Assembly (NCBI GenBank): GCA_001873435.1
Contig: MNZB01000004.1
Coordinates: 14,030-78,029 of the forward strand
Source: Candidatus Pacebacteria bacterium CG2_30_36_39
GTDB taxonomy: Bacteria; Patescibacteriota; Microgenomatia; UBA1400; PJMF01
DNA length: 64,000 bases
Direction of reading: 5' to 3'
Both the position numbers and the translations under genes were made by a program. Numbering within the stretch: the first letter of the stretch is position 1; each line of letters begins with the position of its first letter. Below, piece by piece: positions 1-10,152 of this stretch. The notes under the pieces were generated by a model. The model did no database searches, was not told the DNA's origin, and saw only the letters and a list, made by a program, of their open reading frames with translations.

Positions 1-817
1 CTCTAAAATAAAAAAATATTCAGCAATAACCTCGGCGCTCATCTCCTCTGTCATGGAAAAATTCTCCCAAACCTTTATTGCTTGCTCTTTTTGTGCTTTA
101 GTAAGTCTTTGCCATGAGGTTAGCGGCAAATGGGGATCATTTATTTCTACTTTTTCCCAAATAAAATATGTAGTTTTATCTTTTTCTTTTGACTGATAAC
201 CATCTGAACTATATGCCCTTGGATCAATCAACCAAGTATAGTGATATTCTCTTGAATGATTTTCCAACCCAGGAAAACTAGGTACATAATTTGACTCTTC
301 ATCAACAACATGTTTAATTACTTCCATATCAATACGAAAAAACGGATAACGCGGTATTAAAGATATGTCTTCATTTTGAATAGCAAAAATTTCTGGCAAC
401 TCCTCTTTTAAACCCCTCAATAAAGCAGCATTATATCCCTCAATCTTCACTTCCAATTTTTCTCTGAATGAAGCTCCACCAAGTTTGCGACGACGCTCGC
501 GACCATCATTAAAAACTTGTTTTTCTTCCCTAAGCAAAAAAGTCTCTCCGTCTTCATTTTGAGTATAGAGATAAGCACCAACTTGCTCGATACGACGAAC
601 TAATTTTCCCTCACTAGTAACATATAATTCTGCATCACCTTTTTGTATTTCTAAAAAAAGTCTTTCAATTGGCTTAGAACCAGAGGTAATACCCCATTGA
701 GAAAAATCAATTCCATATTGAGTTAAACAAGCTTTCAGATCTTCTAAAGTATTAATTGTGGGAGCAAATTCTCCAACCTCCTTATGATCTCCTTGTAATA
801 ATTCAGTTGCTACCATA
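1..817 (-). CDS. hypothetical protein, N-terminal part (start codon at 817; gene continues beyond the window start)
   Basis: Own translation of the minus strand from the ATG at 817 gives an uninterrupted frame (MVATELLQGDHKEVGEF...FREKLEVKIEGYNAALLRGLKEELPEIF...) running off the window. No family recognised. Confidence 0.4.
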
Positions 818-834
818 TGTTAATTCTAATCTAA

Positions 835-1791
835 TTACTTCAAATATTCAGCCAAATCCCATTGAGCCAAACCCTTTTCCTCAAACAAACGCTGCATCTC
901 AATATTCCAATCTTTTAAAGATAATTCTTGTCTTTTACTAAGAATTGGATGTTCAGAAGGAATTAAAATATTTCCATTTTGAGAAAAACGCTCTCTTAAT
1001 TTTTCTAATTTTAGTTCAGATGGAAACAGGATAATTGCTCTAGTTGAAAAATCATTTTTCCTAGGACAAGTCAAATATTTATTAATCTGATCAAAATCAG
1101 CGGTTCTATTTTTCCCATCCCAAATACTATCACCACGGCGATTAGCTACATCAGAATAAATTACTTTATCAGCAGACATTCCATGCAATATCTCAATATG
1201 TTTTCCAGGAGATAAATTATTTAGTCCCAATTCAGGAACAACTACATCACGAATAAAAAAATTATCCAAAGAAATAAGAACTATCCCGCCCAATTTTATT
1301 AAATCAGTCACAAAACTAGCATCAGAAAAATTAGTTAAAACCAATCCATCTAAACCAAATCTTCTAGCCAAAGAAATAATATATTGATGATATGCTTCAC
1401 CAGATTCATAATGGAAAGAAGGCAAACCCTTTTTGAAGTCACCATTAACAATATCACCAGAATCATTTAAATGACTCAAAACACCAGTTAGATAAAAATC
1501 AGCCTGAGTTAAAGCTTCATTGCCAAAACCAAAAGTTCTTTTTCCAAGCAAAATATTAATGGCAACCATTGCTGCAGTAGGCAAACAATTAATTCTGGCC
1601 AACATATCATCTGGAGTTTCTTTTAACTTTTGTAAGCCACGACTCTCCAATAATTTAATATCAAGATCGGCGACAACTTTACCAAAATCATCCTTTGCTT
1701 CAAACTGACAAATATATAGAGATGGGTCTAAAAATCTTCCAACAAATTCATTTGTGTAAACTAATTCTGTTGGCAGATCCTCTTTAATCAT
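835..1791 (-). CDS. peptidase C39-like (BtrH/C39_2-like) domain protein
   Basis: Motif NCLPTAAMVAINILLG resembles the catalytic-Cys block of C39-like peptidases (nCGp.s.aM.l.y.g). A later His block (HQYIISL) follows. Family assignment is by motif only. Confidence 0.45.
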   Translation of the reverse strand: MIKEDLPTELVYTNEFVGRFLDPSLYICQFEAKDDFGKVVADLDIKLLESRGLQKLKETPDDMLARINCLPTAAMVAINILLGKRTFGFGNEALTQADFYLTGVLSHLNDSGDIVNGDFKKGLPSFHYESGEAYHQYIISLARRFGLDGLVLTNFSDASFVTDLIKLGGIVLISLDNFFIRDVVVPELGLNNLSPGKHIEILHGMSADKVIYSDVANRRGDSIWDGKNRTADFDQINKYLTCPRKNDFSTRAIILFPSELKLEKLRERFSQNGNILIPSEHPILSKRQELSLKDWNIEMQRLFEEKGLAQWDLAEYLK

Positions 1792-1797
1792 AGTTTT

Positions 1798-2355
1798 CTA
1801 GCTTCTCTTAAAAAATTTATCAGGACTTTTCTCAACTTCTCTAGCAAAAAATAGTGCTAACTCAAAATTCTCCTGCTCCGCTGCTGGCATCTTAGACATA
1901 AAAACAGGCCTACCAGCCAACAAAAGTTCTTTGGAACCAGCTCTATCATTTTCCCAAGCAATATAACGCAAAGCTAGTCTGAATAAATCACCACTAATAC
2001 TAAGAGGCAATTCAATATATGAACCATCTTTGAAACTAACTCTCTCATGCTCCTTACTTCTATCTAAATCTGCCAATAATTTTCTTCCAGCCCCTAGGGT
2101 TAATTCTAAAGATAAAAATATATCTGTTGATCCAGATGAAATAGGTAATTCTTTTCCAACCTGATCATGGGTATAAACCATGGCCCGATAACCCTGCTCG
2201 TCTGGTCTAGTTCCATTGGTTGATAAAACAGTGACTTTCCAAGGAACCATATAATGATATTTTCCAGTTTCCTGAAGATTAGTAAGTGCCTCTATTGGCC
2301 TAACTCTACCGGAATTAAAAAGAAATTTTTCTGGTTTTTCTTGAGCTGAATTCAT
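1798..2355 (-). CDS. hypothetical protein
   Basis: 185-aa ORF immediately downstream of the C39-like gene and probably co-transcribed. No recognisable motif. Confidence 0.4.
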   Translation of the reverse strand: MNSAQEKPEKFLFNSGRVRPIEALTNLQETGKYHYMVPWKVTVLSTNGTRPDEQGYRAMVYTHDQVGKELPISSGSTDIFLSLELTLGAGRKLLADLDRSKEHERVSFKDGSYIELPLSISGDLFRLALRYIAWENDRAGSKELLLAGRPVFMSKMPAAEQENFELALFFAREVEKSPDKFFKRS

Positions 2356-2383
2356 AGAACTATATTATATCCCATATTTCAAA

Positions 2384-3445
2384 TTATATGTTCAAAATAT
2401 TACTTATTACCTCAATAAACTTTTTATTTATCTTTCTAGTCCTAGGACTCACTCTAACAAAATCATTACCCAAAACTGGAAAAGCCGTACCATTCACCAC
2501 TGAAACATTTAAATCAGCTAATTTTTCAACAAAATCATTAGAAGAAAGAAATAATGGTGTAACTTTTACCAATAAATTATTTGCCTCAGAATCAACAACC
2601 TCAAAGCTCATTTTTTTTAATTCTCTTGTTAAAAAACATCTTTCTTTAACCATAAATTTTCTTGTTTTATTCATAAACACTTGGTCATTTAAAGCAGCTA
2701 TCACTGCTTTCTGAGCAAATTTGTTAACCGCAAAAGGCTGGGCTATCATCTGCAACAAATTAACTCCTTGTGGGTTAGCAACACAAAAGCCAACTCTCAG
2801 ACCAGCTAAGCCAAAACCTTTAGAAAAAGTTCTTAAAACAATTAGATTATCAAAATTAGCTACTTCACTAATTACCGATTCACCACCAAATTCGATATTA
2901 GCCTCATCTACTATTACAAAGGCTTTGGTATTTTTAACTAATTGCAAAATATCTTTTTTAGCTAACAATTTACCAGTTGGATTATTGGGGTTACAAAGAA
3001 ATATTATTTTTGTCTCCTTAGATATTTTTTCTTTTATATCAATTAAATCTATAGAAAAATCACTCGTCATTGGTGATTGAATAACAATTCCACCAGCCAA
3101 AGCCACTGACTTCTCAAACATTGGAAAAGTTAGAACTGGAACAATAGCTTCTTCTCCTTTTGACATAAGAACTCTAGGTAAAAGCTGAATCAACGACTCA
3201 GAACCATTGCTAATAAAAAAGTTTTTTAAAGAAAGCTTAAATCTTTGAGCCAAATCAACCCTGATTAGATTACTATCTGGATCTGGGTAATCAAAACAAT
3301 CTATTTGAGTTATTTCTTTCATAACCCTAATTACTTCTAAAGAGCAACCAAGTGGATTTTCACTCAAAGAAAGATCAATAGCTTGTTTGTTGCCAAAAGC
3401 ATAAAGAGTTCTAAAACTAGCTGGAGGGAGAATAAGGTTTTTCAT
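2384..3445 (-). CDS. hisC: class I/II PLP-dependent aminotransferase, histidinol-phosphate aminotransferase-like
   Basis: Motifs ENPLG, FLCNPNNPTG, VIVDEA and RTFSKGFGLAGLRVGF (PLP-lysine region) are typical of HisC-type aminotransferases. The ORF track starts at a TTG (3457); the in-frame ATG at 3445 (MKNLILPP...) is preferred here. Confidence 0.7.
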   Translation of the reverse strand: MKNLILPPASFRTLYAFGNKQAIDLSLSENPLGCSLEVIRVMKEITQIDCFDYPDPDSNLIRVDLAQRFKLSLKNFFISNGSESLIQLLPRVLMSKGEEAIVPVLTFPMFEKSVALAGGIVIQSPMTSDFSIDLIDIKEKISKETKIIFLCNPNNPTGKLLAKKDILQLVKNTKAFVIVDEANIEFGGESVISEVANFDNLIVLRTFSKGFGLAGLRVGFCVANPQGVNLLQMIAQPFAVNKFAQKAVIAALNDQVFMNKTRKFMVKERCFLTRELKKMSFEVVDSEANNLLVKVTPLFLSSNDFVEKLADLNVSVVNGTAFPVLGNDFVRVSPRTRKINKKFIEVISNILNI

Positions 3446-3454
3446 ATTTTTCCA

Positions 3455-3480
3455 CAAAAAAACCTCCCTTAGGGAGGTTA
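3455..3480 (-). terminator. hairpin ACCTCCC-TTA-GGGAGGT with flanking A/T runs (terminator-like on the minus strand), just upstream of the aminotransferase start
   Basis: Perfect 7-bp GC-rich stem at 3462..3478 preceded by an A-run on the plus strand, which reads as a U-run on the minus strand. No obvious upstream minus-strand gene for it to terminate. Confidence 0.3.
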
Positions 3481-3610
3481 AATAATCTTGAAAATGGTTT
3501 TAAACTTTATGCCACCACAAAACTACCTAGCTCCCGAGGAGAGGTATACCACCAATGATATTGGACGGTAGTTTGGCTACACATAATATTCAGTATTATA
3601 TCCCAAATAC

Positions 3611-4273
3611 TTGATGTTACAATGTTTACCTATGGCAAATAATAATATTGGATTCAAACAAACAATTGAATGGTACGAAGCACACGCTGAAGAATATGCA
3701 CAAAAGGTAGCAGACAAACGCGATAGCTTCTTACTTGATAGATTTACAAAGAAACTCCCAGCTAAAGCCAAAATTTTAGATGCTGGTTGTGGAGCTGGAA
3801 GAGACTGCATGGCTTTGGCTGAAAAAGGTTTAATACCAACTGGCTTAGACCTTGCTGGTAACTTAATCAAACTGGCTAAAAAACACCAGCCAAAACTAAA
3901 TTTTATCAAAGGCAATTTTCTAGATCTGCCATTCCCAGACAATAGCTTTGATGGTGTTTGGGCCAATGCTTCCTTGGTTCATTTGGAAACAATTAAAGAA
4001 GTTAAACAAGCCTTAAAAGAATTTAGAAGAGTAATGAAACATAATGGCATTGCCCATATCTTTGTCAAACAACAACCTGGCGAGAAAAAAACAGAAGTTG
4101 TTGCTCACGGTCATTCTGATGATGTAGCTCTATTCTTCCGTTGGTTTACCAAAGCAGAATTAAAGAAACTCTTACAAGAATCTGGTTTTACAATTTTAAG
4201 CATTGAAGATAATTATTCCAGAAAAGGTGGACGCAAAAACATCAAATGGATTGCGGCCCTAGTACAGAAGTAG
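3611..4273 (+). CDS. class I SAM-dependent methyltransferase
   Basis: Motif I ILDAGCGAGRD, an acidic post-I residue, and a Methyltransf_11/25-like layout. Start could be a later Met (3632). Confidence 0.8.
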   Translation: MMLQCLPMANNNIGFKQTIEWYEAHAEEYAQKVADKRDSFLLDRFTKKLPAKAKILDAGCGAGRDCMALAEKGLIPTGLDLAGNLIKLAKKHQPKLNFIKGNFLDLPFPDNSFDGVWANASLVHLETIKEVKQALKEFRRVMKHNGIAHIFVKQQPGEKKTEVVAHGHSDDVALFFRWFTKAELKKLLQESGFTILSIEDNYSRKGGRKNIKWIAALVQK

Positions 4274-4284
4274 TCTTTAAAAAA

Positions 4285-5034
4285 TTAAATAACTAATCTA
4301 GCAAATATTGGTAAGTGATCAGAAACATCTGTTTCAATTATTTTTATTTCTTCTACCACAATGTTTTTTGTGCCAAAAATATAATCAAGTCTCCAGTTGA
4401 GCTCATTTTCTGCAAAACCATCTTTATCAAAAGGCTTGGTGGTCCAAGTTTTCTCAGAAAAATCTGGACCAAGATGTTTTAAATTATTTAAATTATTTAT
4501 TGAATTTATCAAAAAAGAATCTGGAGCAGCATTGAGATCTCCTGTAAAAATAAAGCTTTGTTTTTTCTTTTTCAAAATTTCTAATAAATTATTTGCTTCA
4601 TTCTTTCGCTGTTCAGTCATTTCAAAAAAAGGCGTATAAGACAAATGAGTTGTGCTAAAAATAATTCGTTTCCCTTCTTTTTCAACTGTTAGTTCAACAT
4701 AAACCCTACCTTCTTCAGCTGCATTAACAGGATTAGTTTTGGGTGGTTGAATATATTCGAATCTCTTATTTACAATTGGTAGTTTGGAAAAAATAGCATT
4801 ACCCTGAGTTTCTTTTTCTGGTCTATTTGTCCAACTTTCTGAAACTTGAAAAAAATATTTATAGCTCAATTTATCAGCAATATATTTTGCAGTATCCAAT
4901 GGAGGTTGAAGTTTTGAATGCTGAATAAATTCCTGAGCACAAATTACATCAGGATTTAATTCTTTGATTAATTGAATAATTTTATCAGGGTCCTCTTTGT
5001 ACCAAACATTCCATTGTAAAAGCGATATTTGCAT
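4285..5034 (-). CDS. endonuclease/exonuclease/phosphatase (EEP) family protein
   Basis: N-terminal LQWNVW, DVICAQEF, internal TGDLNAAPDS and C-terminal SDHLPIFARL are EEP hallmarks. Confidence 0.8.
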   Translation of the reverse strand: MQISLLQWNVWYKEDPDKIIQLIKELNPDVICAQEFIQHSKLQPPLDTAKYIADKLSYKYFFQVSESWTNRPEKETQGNAIFSKLPIVNKRFEYIQPPKTNPVNAAEEGRVYVELTVEKEGKRIIFSTTHLSYTPFFEMTEQRKNEANNLLEILKKKKQSFIFTGDLNAAPDSFLINSINNLNNLKHLGPDFSEKTWTTKPFDKDGFAENELNWRLDYIFGTKNIVVEEIKIIETDVSDHLPIFARLVI

Positions 5035-5102
5035 AATTTATATTTTAACAAAACTAAAAAAACTAATTTTCTCTTCACTCAACACACTTATCATAGCAAA
5101 AT

Positions 5103-6467
5103 TTACTCATCAATAACTGAAGTACTTATCTCTGGAAGTTGTAAAATATCAGCAAACATCTCATCCAAATACTCTCCTGTATGAGGATTTATTGCATTAT
5201 GCAATTCATTTTTAACTGTTTGCAACATTTCATTTGCCTCCACTGTTAAACCAGCATCTCGCAAATGCTCTAAAGCCTGCCTAACAAATAACATATTTAT
5301 TCTCCCAGAAGTACCTGGACTATCAAAAAAGGTGCCACAGCTAATCATTGCTGCCATAGCTGATGCCTTGGCAGCCAATAAAGAAGTTTCTGGATCACTA
5401 CTACCACCTTGATACATAAAAATATGTTCAAAATCATCAATTAACTTACTATTATAGTCATCTACTTCCATACTTATTATTCTCGTCATAACCTCATTTA
5501 ACTGACTTACTGCACTAGAAAAATTTGCTTTCCAACTACCATTGAAACCAGCATCACAAGGACAAGCACCATGCCACCTTATCAAATCTCCATGAGGACA
5601 ACTCCAAGCTGTTCTTTCCCGTAAATTACCTTCCAAAAAATCTCCTTCACCCCAGACACTCATTGCCTCATTAATACCCAACATTGCTACTCCAGCTTCT
5701 GGCAAAGCAGTCTCCATTAAATATCTCAAAAACATATCACCAAATTTAAAATGATGACCAAAAGTTTCTCCGTCCGTAAAAGCTATCATTGGCAAAGTGG
5801 CTGGTAAATTATCTAGTCTAGGAAATATCACTTCATCTGCAAACTGATTTGCATTTTCTTTTTTATGGTGAGCTAAAGCAGAAGAAACTGGTCGATCAAA
5901 AGCTAATAATAAAAACTGCTTACCATTGGGAAGAGGAATTTTCACTGGCCGATCATCAATCTCTTTATTGGGAACATCGATTTGTTCAGGAGCACATATT
6001 ACTCCGATATAACCAAATTCAGAAAGAACTTCTAATGTTTCCATATCCAAAGCCGTCTCTGGTGCCCAAAACCATTGTGGCAATTGCCCTGCTTGTTCAG
6101 CAAATAATTTTGCTCCAGCACCAATTAAAATCTGTTTGTCTCCATAAGAAAGATCTGGCAACAATACATGAAGATAGGGATCTCCAACTCCTCTTTCTTT
6201 CAAAGCTGATTCTAAATCAGGCAAAGATTCTGGAGATATATTTTCCATTTCTTTACGCATAGTCGCAAAGAAATCAAATGAAGAAAGCTCTAATAAGCCA
6301 GCTTGAATCTGTGGAACATAGCTTTCTCCAGCAATTACTCTATTCCAATCAACACCATATGGATCTGTCTGAATAGATTTAACCCGTTCGTGAGCTCCTT
6401 TTCTAGGAGGTTGATAAAAGTGCTCACCGAGAATCATGAAACGTTCTTGATTGTATCGAGCCATCAA
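5103..6467 (-). CDS. glycoside hydrolase family 57-like protein
   Basis: GEHFYQPPR (GH57 region I HQP-type), WAPETAL (WxPE nucleophile region) and TDGETFGHH (DGE acid/base region). Also a Cys cluster CPHGDLIRWHGACPC. Confidence 0.65.
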   Translation of the reverse strand: MMARYNQERFMILGEHFYQPPRKGAHERVKSIQTDPYGVDWNRVIAGESYVPQIQAGLLELSSFDFFATMRKEMENISPESLPDLESALKERGVGDPYLHVLLPDLSYGDKQILIGAGAKLFAEQAGQLPQWFWAPETALDMETLEVLSEFGYIGVICAPEQIDVPNKEIDDRPVKIPLPNGKQFLLLAFDRPVSSALAHHKKENANQFADEVIFPRLDNLPATLPMIAFTDGETFGHHFKFGDMFLRYLMETALPEAGVAMLGINEAMSVWGEGDFLEGNLRERTAWSCPHGDLIRWHGACPCDAGFNGSWKANFSSAVSQLNEVMTRIISMEVDDYNSKLIDDFEHIFMYQGGSSDPETSLLAAKASAMAAMISCGTFFDSPGTSGRINMLFVRQALEHLRDAGLTVEANEMLQTVKNELHNAINPHTGEYLDEMFADILQLPEISTSVIDE

Positions 6468-6506
6468 AAATCAAGCATATATTTATTTGAAACAATTTAA
6501 AAGAGG

Positions 6507-7778
6507 TTAATGCTTTAAAGCTTCTCTTTGTTCAATGCTGTGAAAAATTAAGATCACCAAAATCAAAGGAAAAAATGCCATTAAAGCAGTTTTATGTGAA
6601 CCAAAATTATCCAAAGCAAAACCAATAGCTGGAAACAATACAATAGAAATAATATTGCGCACAAGACTCTCCAAAGAACCAAGAGTAGCACGCATATTCT
6701 TTTGATAAAAATATTGTTTGAATGGACTCATGATTGGAGAAATTAATGAACTAAATGAGAAATAAACTACAAAAAATATTAAACCAGCAATAGGACCAGA
6801 AACAACAAATAAAGATGTTAAAACTAATAATCTAGCAACCATCATGATTTCCAAATATTTTTTTTCTGAAGAAAATTTCTTACTAAAATATTTAGGTACC
6901 AAACTAAAAACTGCCCCCATCAAAGAACCCAAGGCAACCATAATAGGTAAATTTCTTACATCCAATTTAAGATCCAATAAAAATGATTGATAAACTACAT
7001 CTGAAAAAAATAGGTTTACCACTTCACTAAAAATACCAACAAATAATAATTTTTTAACAACTGGATGAGAACTTGTATATTTAATTGCTTGTTTAGAAAT
7101 TTTAACTGTATCAGCAAAATTCTTTTTTAAAGAAAAAGTAACTTTTCTGGTTTTTTCTTTCAAACCAGAAAGAATCATGGCACCAACAAAATAACCCACA
7201 CAACCAGTTAACCACAAAAAATCTAAACCCTGGTGACTCTGACCAAAAACAAAATATTGAGTAGTAGCACCAACTAAGTACAAAAAGATAATTGCATTTA
7301 AATTTGAAAAAGCAGTAGCAAATTGATAAACAAACTCAAAGGTTGAATAAAACTTATTAATCAAATCTTCTCTTTTAGCTTTTTTGGCAATGTCGTAAGG
7401 TAAAGACTCAAAAGCTCCAGAACTAAATGTATAAGCAATTCCCTTTAAACTAAAAAGAAACCACATCATCCAAGGCTCAGTAATAAAGAAAAATAAGCCA
7501 AAAATTAAAGACTGCATCAACCAACTAACTTGAACAGATTTTCTTTTGCCATATAAATCTGCAAAAACTCCAGTTGGAATTTCTGCGATTAATAAAAATA
7601 ATGATTGCAAAGACAAACCAATACCAACCTGAGTTGCTGAAAAACCTTTGGCAAAAAAGAAGGCCATAATAACCATATCAATATCTGGAATAGAAACACC
7701 TGTTCCTAAACCTAAATAAATAGGGTTAAAAAGCTGCCATTCTTTTTGCTTAAAATAATTTTTTAGCTTCTTAAACAT
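6507..7778 (-). CDS. MFS-type transporter (host-like composition), last gene of the atypical operon
   Basis: About 12 hydrophobic segments. MFS loop motif GVFADLYGKRKS (GxxxDrxGrR-like). Only a 7-nt gap to the upstream gene. Confidence 0.65.
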   Translation of the reverse strand: MFKKLKNYFKQKEWQLFNPIYLGLGTGVSIPDIDMVIMAFFFAKGFSATQVGIGLSLQSLFLLIAEIPTGVFADLYGKRKSVQVSWLMQSLIFGLFFFITEPWMMWFLFSLKGIAYTFSSGAFESLPYDIAKKAKREDLINKFYSTFEFVYQFATAFSNLNAIIFLYLVGATTQYFVFGQSHQGLDFLWLTGCVGYFVGAMILSGLKEKTRKVTFSLKKNFADTVKISKQAIKYTSSHPVVKKLLFVGIFSEVVNLFFSDVVYQSFLLDLKLDVRNLPIMVALGSLMGAVFSLVPKYFSKKFSSEKKYLEIMMVARLLVLTSLFVVSGPIAGLIFFVVYFSFSSLISPIMSPFKQYFYQKNMRATLGSLESLVRNIISIVLFPAIGFALDNFGSHKTALMAFFPLILVILIFHSIEQREALKH

Positions 7779-7785
7779 AAGATTC

Positions 7786-8226
7786 TTATCTTACACAAAT
7801 TCGAGCAAAATGAATAATCATTTCCATTTCTTCAGTAAGCTCTAAGCCTTCTCTAGTTTTAACAGCAAATCTATCATCTTCGGCAACAATTGAAATAATT
7901 TCTAAAGTAGCAGTAGTGAAAAACTCACAACCAACTCCATTTACTAAGTATTCCAAAATATCCCAAAGTCTAATATTTCTCTTATCCCATTCCAAATCTT
8001 GGCCAGCCAAAAAATCTTCCTCTGCTAAAGCTAAAACATCTCTAGCTCCTTCACTTAATTGACCTGATTTGTTTTTTAACTGATAAATAATCAGCATGGC
8101 TGCAGCGCAACTAGCGGTATCAGTTGTGAGCATATGACCACATACATGATAAAGCAAATCGCAGTTACATTCCTCTGCTTGTTCTTCTGTTTCTAGAAGA
8201 TGTTTTGGTTTTTTTTCGTCAGACAT
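7786..8226 (-). CDS. hypothetical acidic Cys/His-containing protein
   Basis: 146 aa, acidic. EECNCDLLYHVCGHM could be a metal-binding cluster. Same strand and tight spacing with the operon genes. Confidence 0.4.
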   Translation of the reverse strand: MSDEKKPKHLLETEEQAEECNCDLLYHVCGHMLTTDTASCAAAMLIIYQLKNKSGQLSEGARDVLALAEEDFLAGQDLEWDKRNIRLWDILEYLVNGVGCEFFTTATLEIISIVAEDDRFAVKTREGLELTEEMEMIIHFARICVR

Positions 8227-8237
8227 AATATCCTTTA

Positions 8238-10151
8238 TTATTCTTTTTCTTGCTCATTAATAAAAAGTGCTACAGCACAGCTATCAGAATCAGCCGCTAA
8301 AGCCTGGGCACATAATTTTTCTAGTTCATTTAATTGAGAAGTTTGAATTCCTTCGTTTAATTCTTCGTCAGTAACATAAGTTGGAAAACTCATTGGTTCA
8401 GTTAGCATGAATCTTTCAGTATGAGTACTTTCGATTGGTTGAAAAATTTCTTCTGGACTTTGCAAATCTTTAAGCATTGCCTGCAAAATCTGCATCGGAC
8501 CTTCATGAGTAGAAACAACAACCTTCATTGATCTACCAGTCTCCTGATAAAACTGATTAACTGTTTCTAGTAAATCAATCATAAAAGACAAAGCTTTGAG
8601 ATGTACAAATGAGAAATTTTCACCACCAGCTATGGCATTAGAAAATGAATGCAAAACTTCTTCACCATATTCACTAGCTTTGTGTCCAACTCCAACTCCG
8701 AATGAACGCTCATTTAAACGCCAATCTCTAACAATAGCTGAAACTGGGAACGGCTCACCAATTGACCATAAAGCAACATCAATAGTTGCTAACGAAGAAG
8801 TTCTACCTGATGAAATTACTAAATCTGGAGCAGTAGTATCCCAAAGCTGAGTAGCAATATCATATGAACGTTGAGCACTTCTCTTGGCAATAGTGTCGTC
8901 AAGAATTCCATCGTTGGTATTAATTACACCAGGAAGTTTGCCAGCTCTTTGAGGAGTACTGTCGCCATTGCGAACTAAAAGCAAGTCCAAACCTGCTCCA
9001 TAATTCCAATTAGCTAATAATTCTTGATAACGAGTTCTAAGTTCATCAATACTTGGAATTAGTTCAAGAATTTCTGCTTTTTCTGGATTACTAGCAGTAA
9101 CAAAACTTGGTTCAGAAACTAATCTACCCAACTTACTAGGATCTCTTTGATTAACCCTATCTTTAACATATCCAGCTTGAGTTTCTTCATCCGCATTTTG
9201 AGCAGAAACAGAAACATCCTGAGTTAAACGATTGGTTTCCCAAAGTTTGAGAGCTCTTTTTTGATCTTCAGTTGGTTGATAATCTGGTTTTTCAACTGTA
9301 TGAGCACTCATAATACTTTCTACTTCGATACCATTTGGAAAAGAAAGTACACCAGTAGCATTAATAATAGGAGTAACCTCAGTTTGAAAATATCTAGTAC
9401 CATATTCTTGTGCCCAATAAAGCAAACCTGAAGTAAAAATTAAACGAGTGCCTGGTTTTAATTTGGCATCTTTATAAACTTCATGTTCAAGTAAAACTTT
9501 CTCTAGATCTTCACGCCAATTACGAGCTAATTTTTCGATTTCAGCTGGAAATGATTCCACACGACGAGCATCACCTGCTACATCATCAGCTTTAATACCT
9601 TCTATTTGAGCATTGAGTTGAGCACCATTAAAATCATCCCAGCCATCTATTTCAACCCACATGGGACTCATACCAGCAACTGGACCACTACCCCATACTT
9701 TGCCAGCTGGAGAAACATCTCTATTAGAAATGTCTTGATAAACTCCGGCGTGAGTGATTTTTATTCCACCATCTTCGGTAACTACAGCCATAATAGCTGT
9801 TTCACCTTCAATAGCGTATTTAACACCATGCAAAAGCTCTAAGTCGTTAAGATCTAGTCTTCCTTTTGAATTTGGTACTAATGACCAATCTGGAGGAAGT
9901 GGATCTTCATAATAGGTACCATCTGGAAGAGTTGTAGGAGCTGAATTCCATTTCAAAGTAAAAACATGATCTGGAGTCCATTCACTAAGAGGCATGACTT
10001 CTTTGATCTCGCCATCTTTTGCCACTGCAGCTACTAAGCCTTTTTGTCGCAACTCTGCTTCAAAAGCTCTTTTTTCTTCTTTGTTTGTCCAATCTACTCT
10101 TTCGAGAGAAAGATCAAATTCTTGACGTAATCTACTTATTTTTTCTGCCAT
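8238..10151 (-). CDS. hypothetical two-domain protein; C-terminal phosphoglycerate-mutase-like (histidine phosphatase superfamily) domain with RHG to RNG substitution
   Basis: C-terminal region aligns block by block with dPGM: LLLVRNGDSTPQ vs LVLVRHGESQWN, SSGRTSSLAT vs TSVLKRAIHT, PVSAIVRDWRLNERSFGVGVGHKASEYGEEV vs [33 protein letters not shown], and VVVSTHEG vs IIAAHGNS. The N-terminal 380 aa are unassigned. Confidence 0.55.
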   Translation of the reverse strand: MAEKISRLRQEFDLSLERVDWTNKEEKRAFEAELRQKGLVAAVAKDGEIKEVMPLSEWTPDHVFTLKWNSAPTTLPDGTYYEDPLPPDWSLVPNSKGRLDLNDLELLHGVKYAIEGETAIMAVVTEDGGIKITHAGVYQDISNRDVSPAGKVWGSGPVAGMSPMWVEIDGWDDFNGAQLNAQIEGIKADDVAGDARRVESFPAEIEKLARNWREDLEKVLLEHEVYKDAKLKPGTRLIFTSGLLYWAQEYGTRYFQTEVTPIINATGVLSFPNGIEVESIMSAHTVEKPDYQPTEDQKRALKLWETNRLTQDVSVSAQNADEETQAGYVKDRVNQRDPSKLGRLVSEPSFVTASNPEKAEILELIPSIDELRTRYQELLANWNYGAGLDLLLVRNGDSTPQRAGKLPGVINTNDGILDDTIAKRSAQRSYDIATQLWDTTAPDLVISSGRTSSLATIDVALWSIGEPFPVSAIVRDWRLNERSFGVGVGHKASEYGEEVLHSFSNAIAGGENFSFVHLKALSFMIDLLETVNQFYQETGRSMKVVVSTHEGPMQILQAMLKDLQSPEEIFQPIESTHTERFMLTEPMSFPTYVTDEELNEGIQTSQLNELEKLCAQALAADSDSCAVALFINEQEKE

Positions 10152-10152
10152 A

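Noticed and set aside
2388-3080. Two plus-strand ORFs (108 and 119 aa) antisense to the aminotransferase
   Set aside because: They are antisense shadows inside a gene with strong family motifs.
3577-3966. 129-aa minus-strand ORF
   Set aside because: It overlaps the well-supported plus-strand SAM methyltransferase gene, whose motifs are clear.
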